Assembly: GCA_035221665.1 (NCBI GenBank)
Contig: CM069133.1
Coordinates: 130,510,001-130,574,000, forward strand
Source of the DNA: Okamejei kenojei
Lineage: Eukaryota
Reading direction: 5' to 3'
DNA length: 64,000 bases
Made by a program: the position numbers and the translations under genes. Shown here piece by piece: positions 62,936-64,000 of this stretch; the first letter of the stretch is position 1, and every line of letters begins with the position of its first letter. The notes beneath the pieces were generated by a model that was not told the origin of the DNA, ran no database searches, and saw only the letters and a program-made list of their open reading frames with translations.

Positions 62936-64000
62936 AATTCTACAGATTCTTGATAAACAAGAGGATGAAATAATACTAGGGAAATATAGGAATGCAGGGA
63001 TTCAGTTACAATCAGATTAACCGTGATCTTATTGAATGGGGGAGCAGGCTCAAGAGGCCGAATGGCCTGCATCTGCTCCTAATTCACGTATTCCAACTGC
63101 AATAAAAATTGTTTCCGTATAATGGGGCTGAGTTGGTTTTCGTAATGTGAAAAGCTGTTCTTTCCATGATTTAATTATAATAATAGTTTTTAGTTAGCAA
63201 TTGAGGTTAAAATCATGCACTCGGAAAGTAAGGCATTATTCCATTATATCGCTATGTTACATGTAAACATATTTTTTAAATGTTGCTGTGATGTTGATGC
63301 AAATTAGAGTTTAATGTTCCTTTGTTGTTGAGACTCATGAATGGTGGAGCATGTCATGTCTGATGACTTGCAGTGGGAAATGTAAATTGGCTTTTTATCT
63401 GAAATTCATGATTTAGAGCATCTTTACGAGATGATTAGAAAGATAGCATCTGTACACTTTGCTTGGCTGTTATCATGACAAGTTTAATACATTTTACACA
63501 AATAACTGTCTAGATTTCTACAATATCATTAGATTTCTTCAGGAACATTTAGCACTCACTAGAGAGAAACTACTTATCAACATTTGATTTTTAATAATAA
63601 CCTAACAACTTATTTGCAAATTATTGCACTTCCAAGAACAATAGCTTGCTTTTAATATATAATGAATAAAGATAAAAATATATACAATCAGAATTTAACT
63701 GTTAACCCCATTAAGAGTTATTAGGGAAGGTTGCTGAGAGCTTGGGAAAATATTTTTTTTAATTGCTGAATCCTGAACAAAGAATATGCTCCTCGTCTGT
63801 TGGCCAGAGGGAATACTCCTTCTTAGGCTTTTGCCCATCGGCTACATATAGACATAAGACATAAGATATATGAATAAAGTATATAGTATATATGGATATA
63901 AGGTAAACTATCATCTATAGTGAAGCGGCGGAGGATGCAATATGAGTAATGTCAGTTATAGTTAGGTAAATATGCGTAACATCATTTATATTTAGGTGAA

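Overview
Repeat-dense, gene-poor vertebrate DNA. The mix of HE1-like V-SINEs, several CR1 families, Rex1, L1, RTE, Penelope, Gypsy and DIRS elements suggests a cartilaginous fish such as a skate or ray (inference). I found no convincing host exon. Main contents: three DIRS-type tyrosine-recombinase retrotransposon pieces (1-2016, 19417-23806, 33513-33897) that share a covarying structured 3' end; a Penelope-like element (RT + GIY-YIG, about 27727-29660, minus strand) plus many short, often fold-back copies of its pseudo-LTR carrying a minimal hammerhead-ribozyme-like core; an RT-deleted Gypsy LTR element (30213-33514); many CR1 LINE fragments; a degenerate 16/32-bp array (15497-15768); and a 500-N gap flanked by a ~3.5 kb near-duplicate that is probably an assembly artefact. 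The most interesting signals are a possible two-state hairpin at the DIRS 3' end, a DIRS integration junction that can be reconstructed from this window alone, a possible miniature DIRS, and the hammerhead-bearing palindromic Penelope-derived elements. Boundaries of old repeats are approximate and were read by eye.
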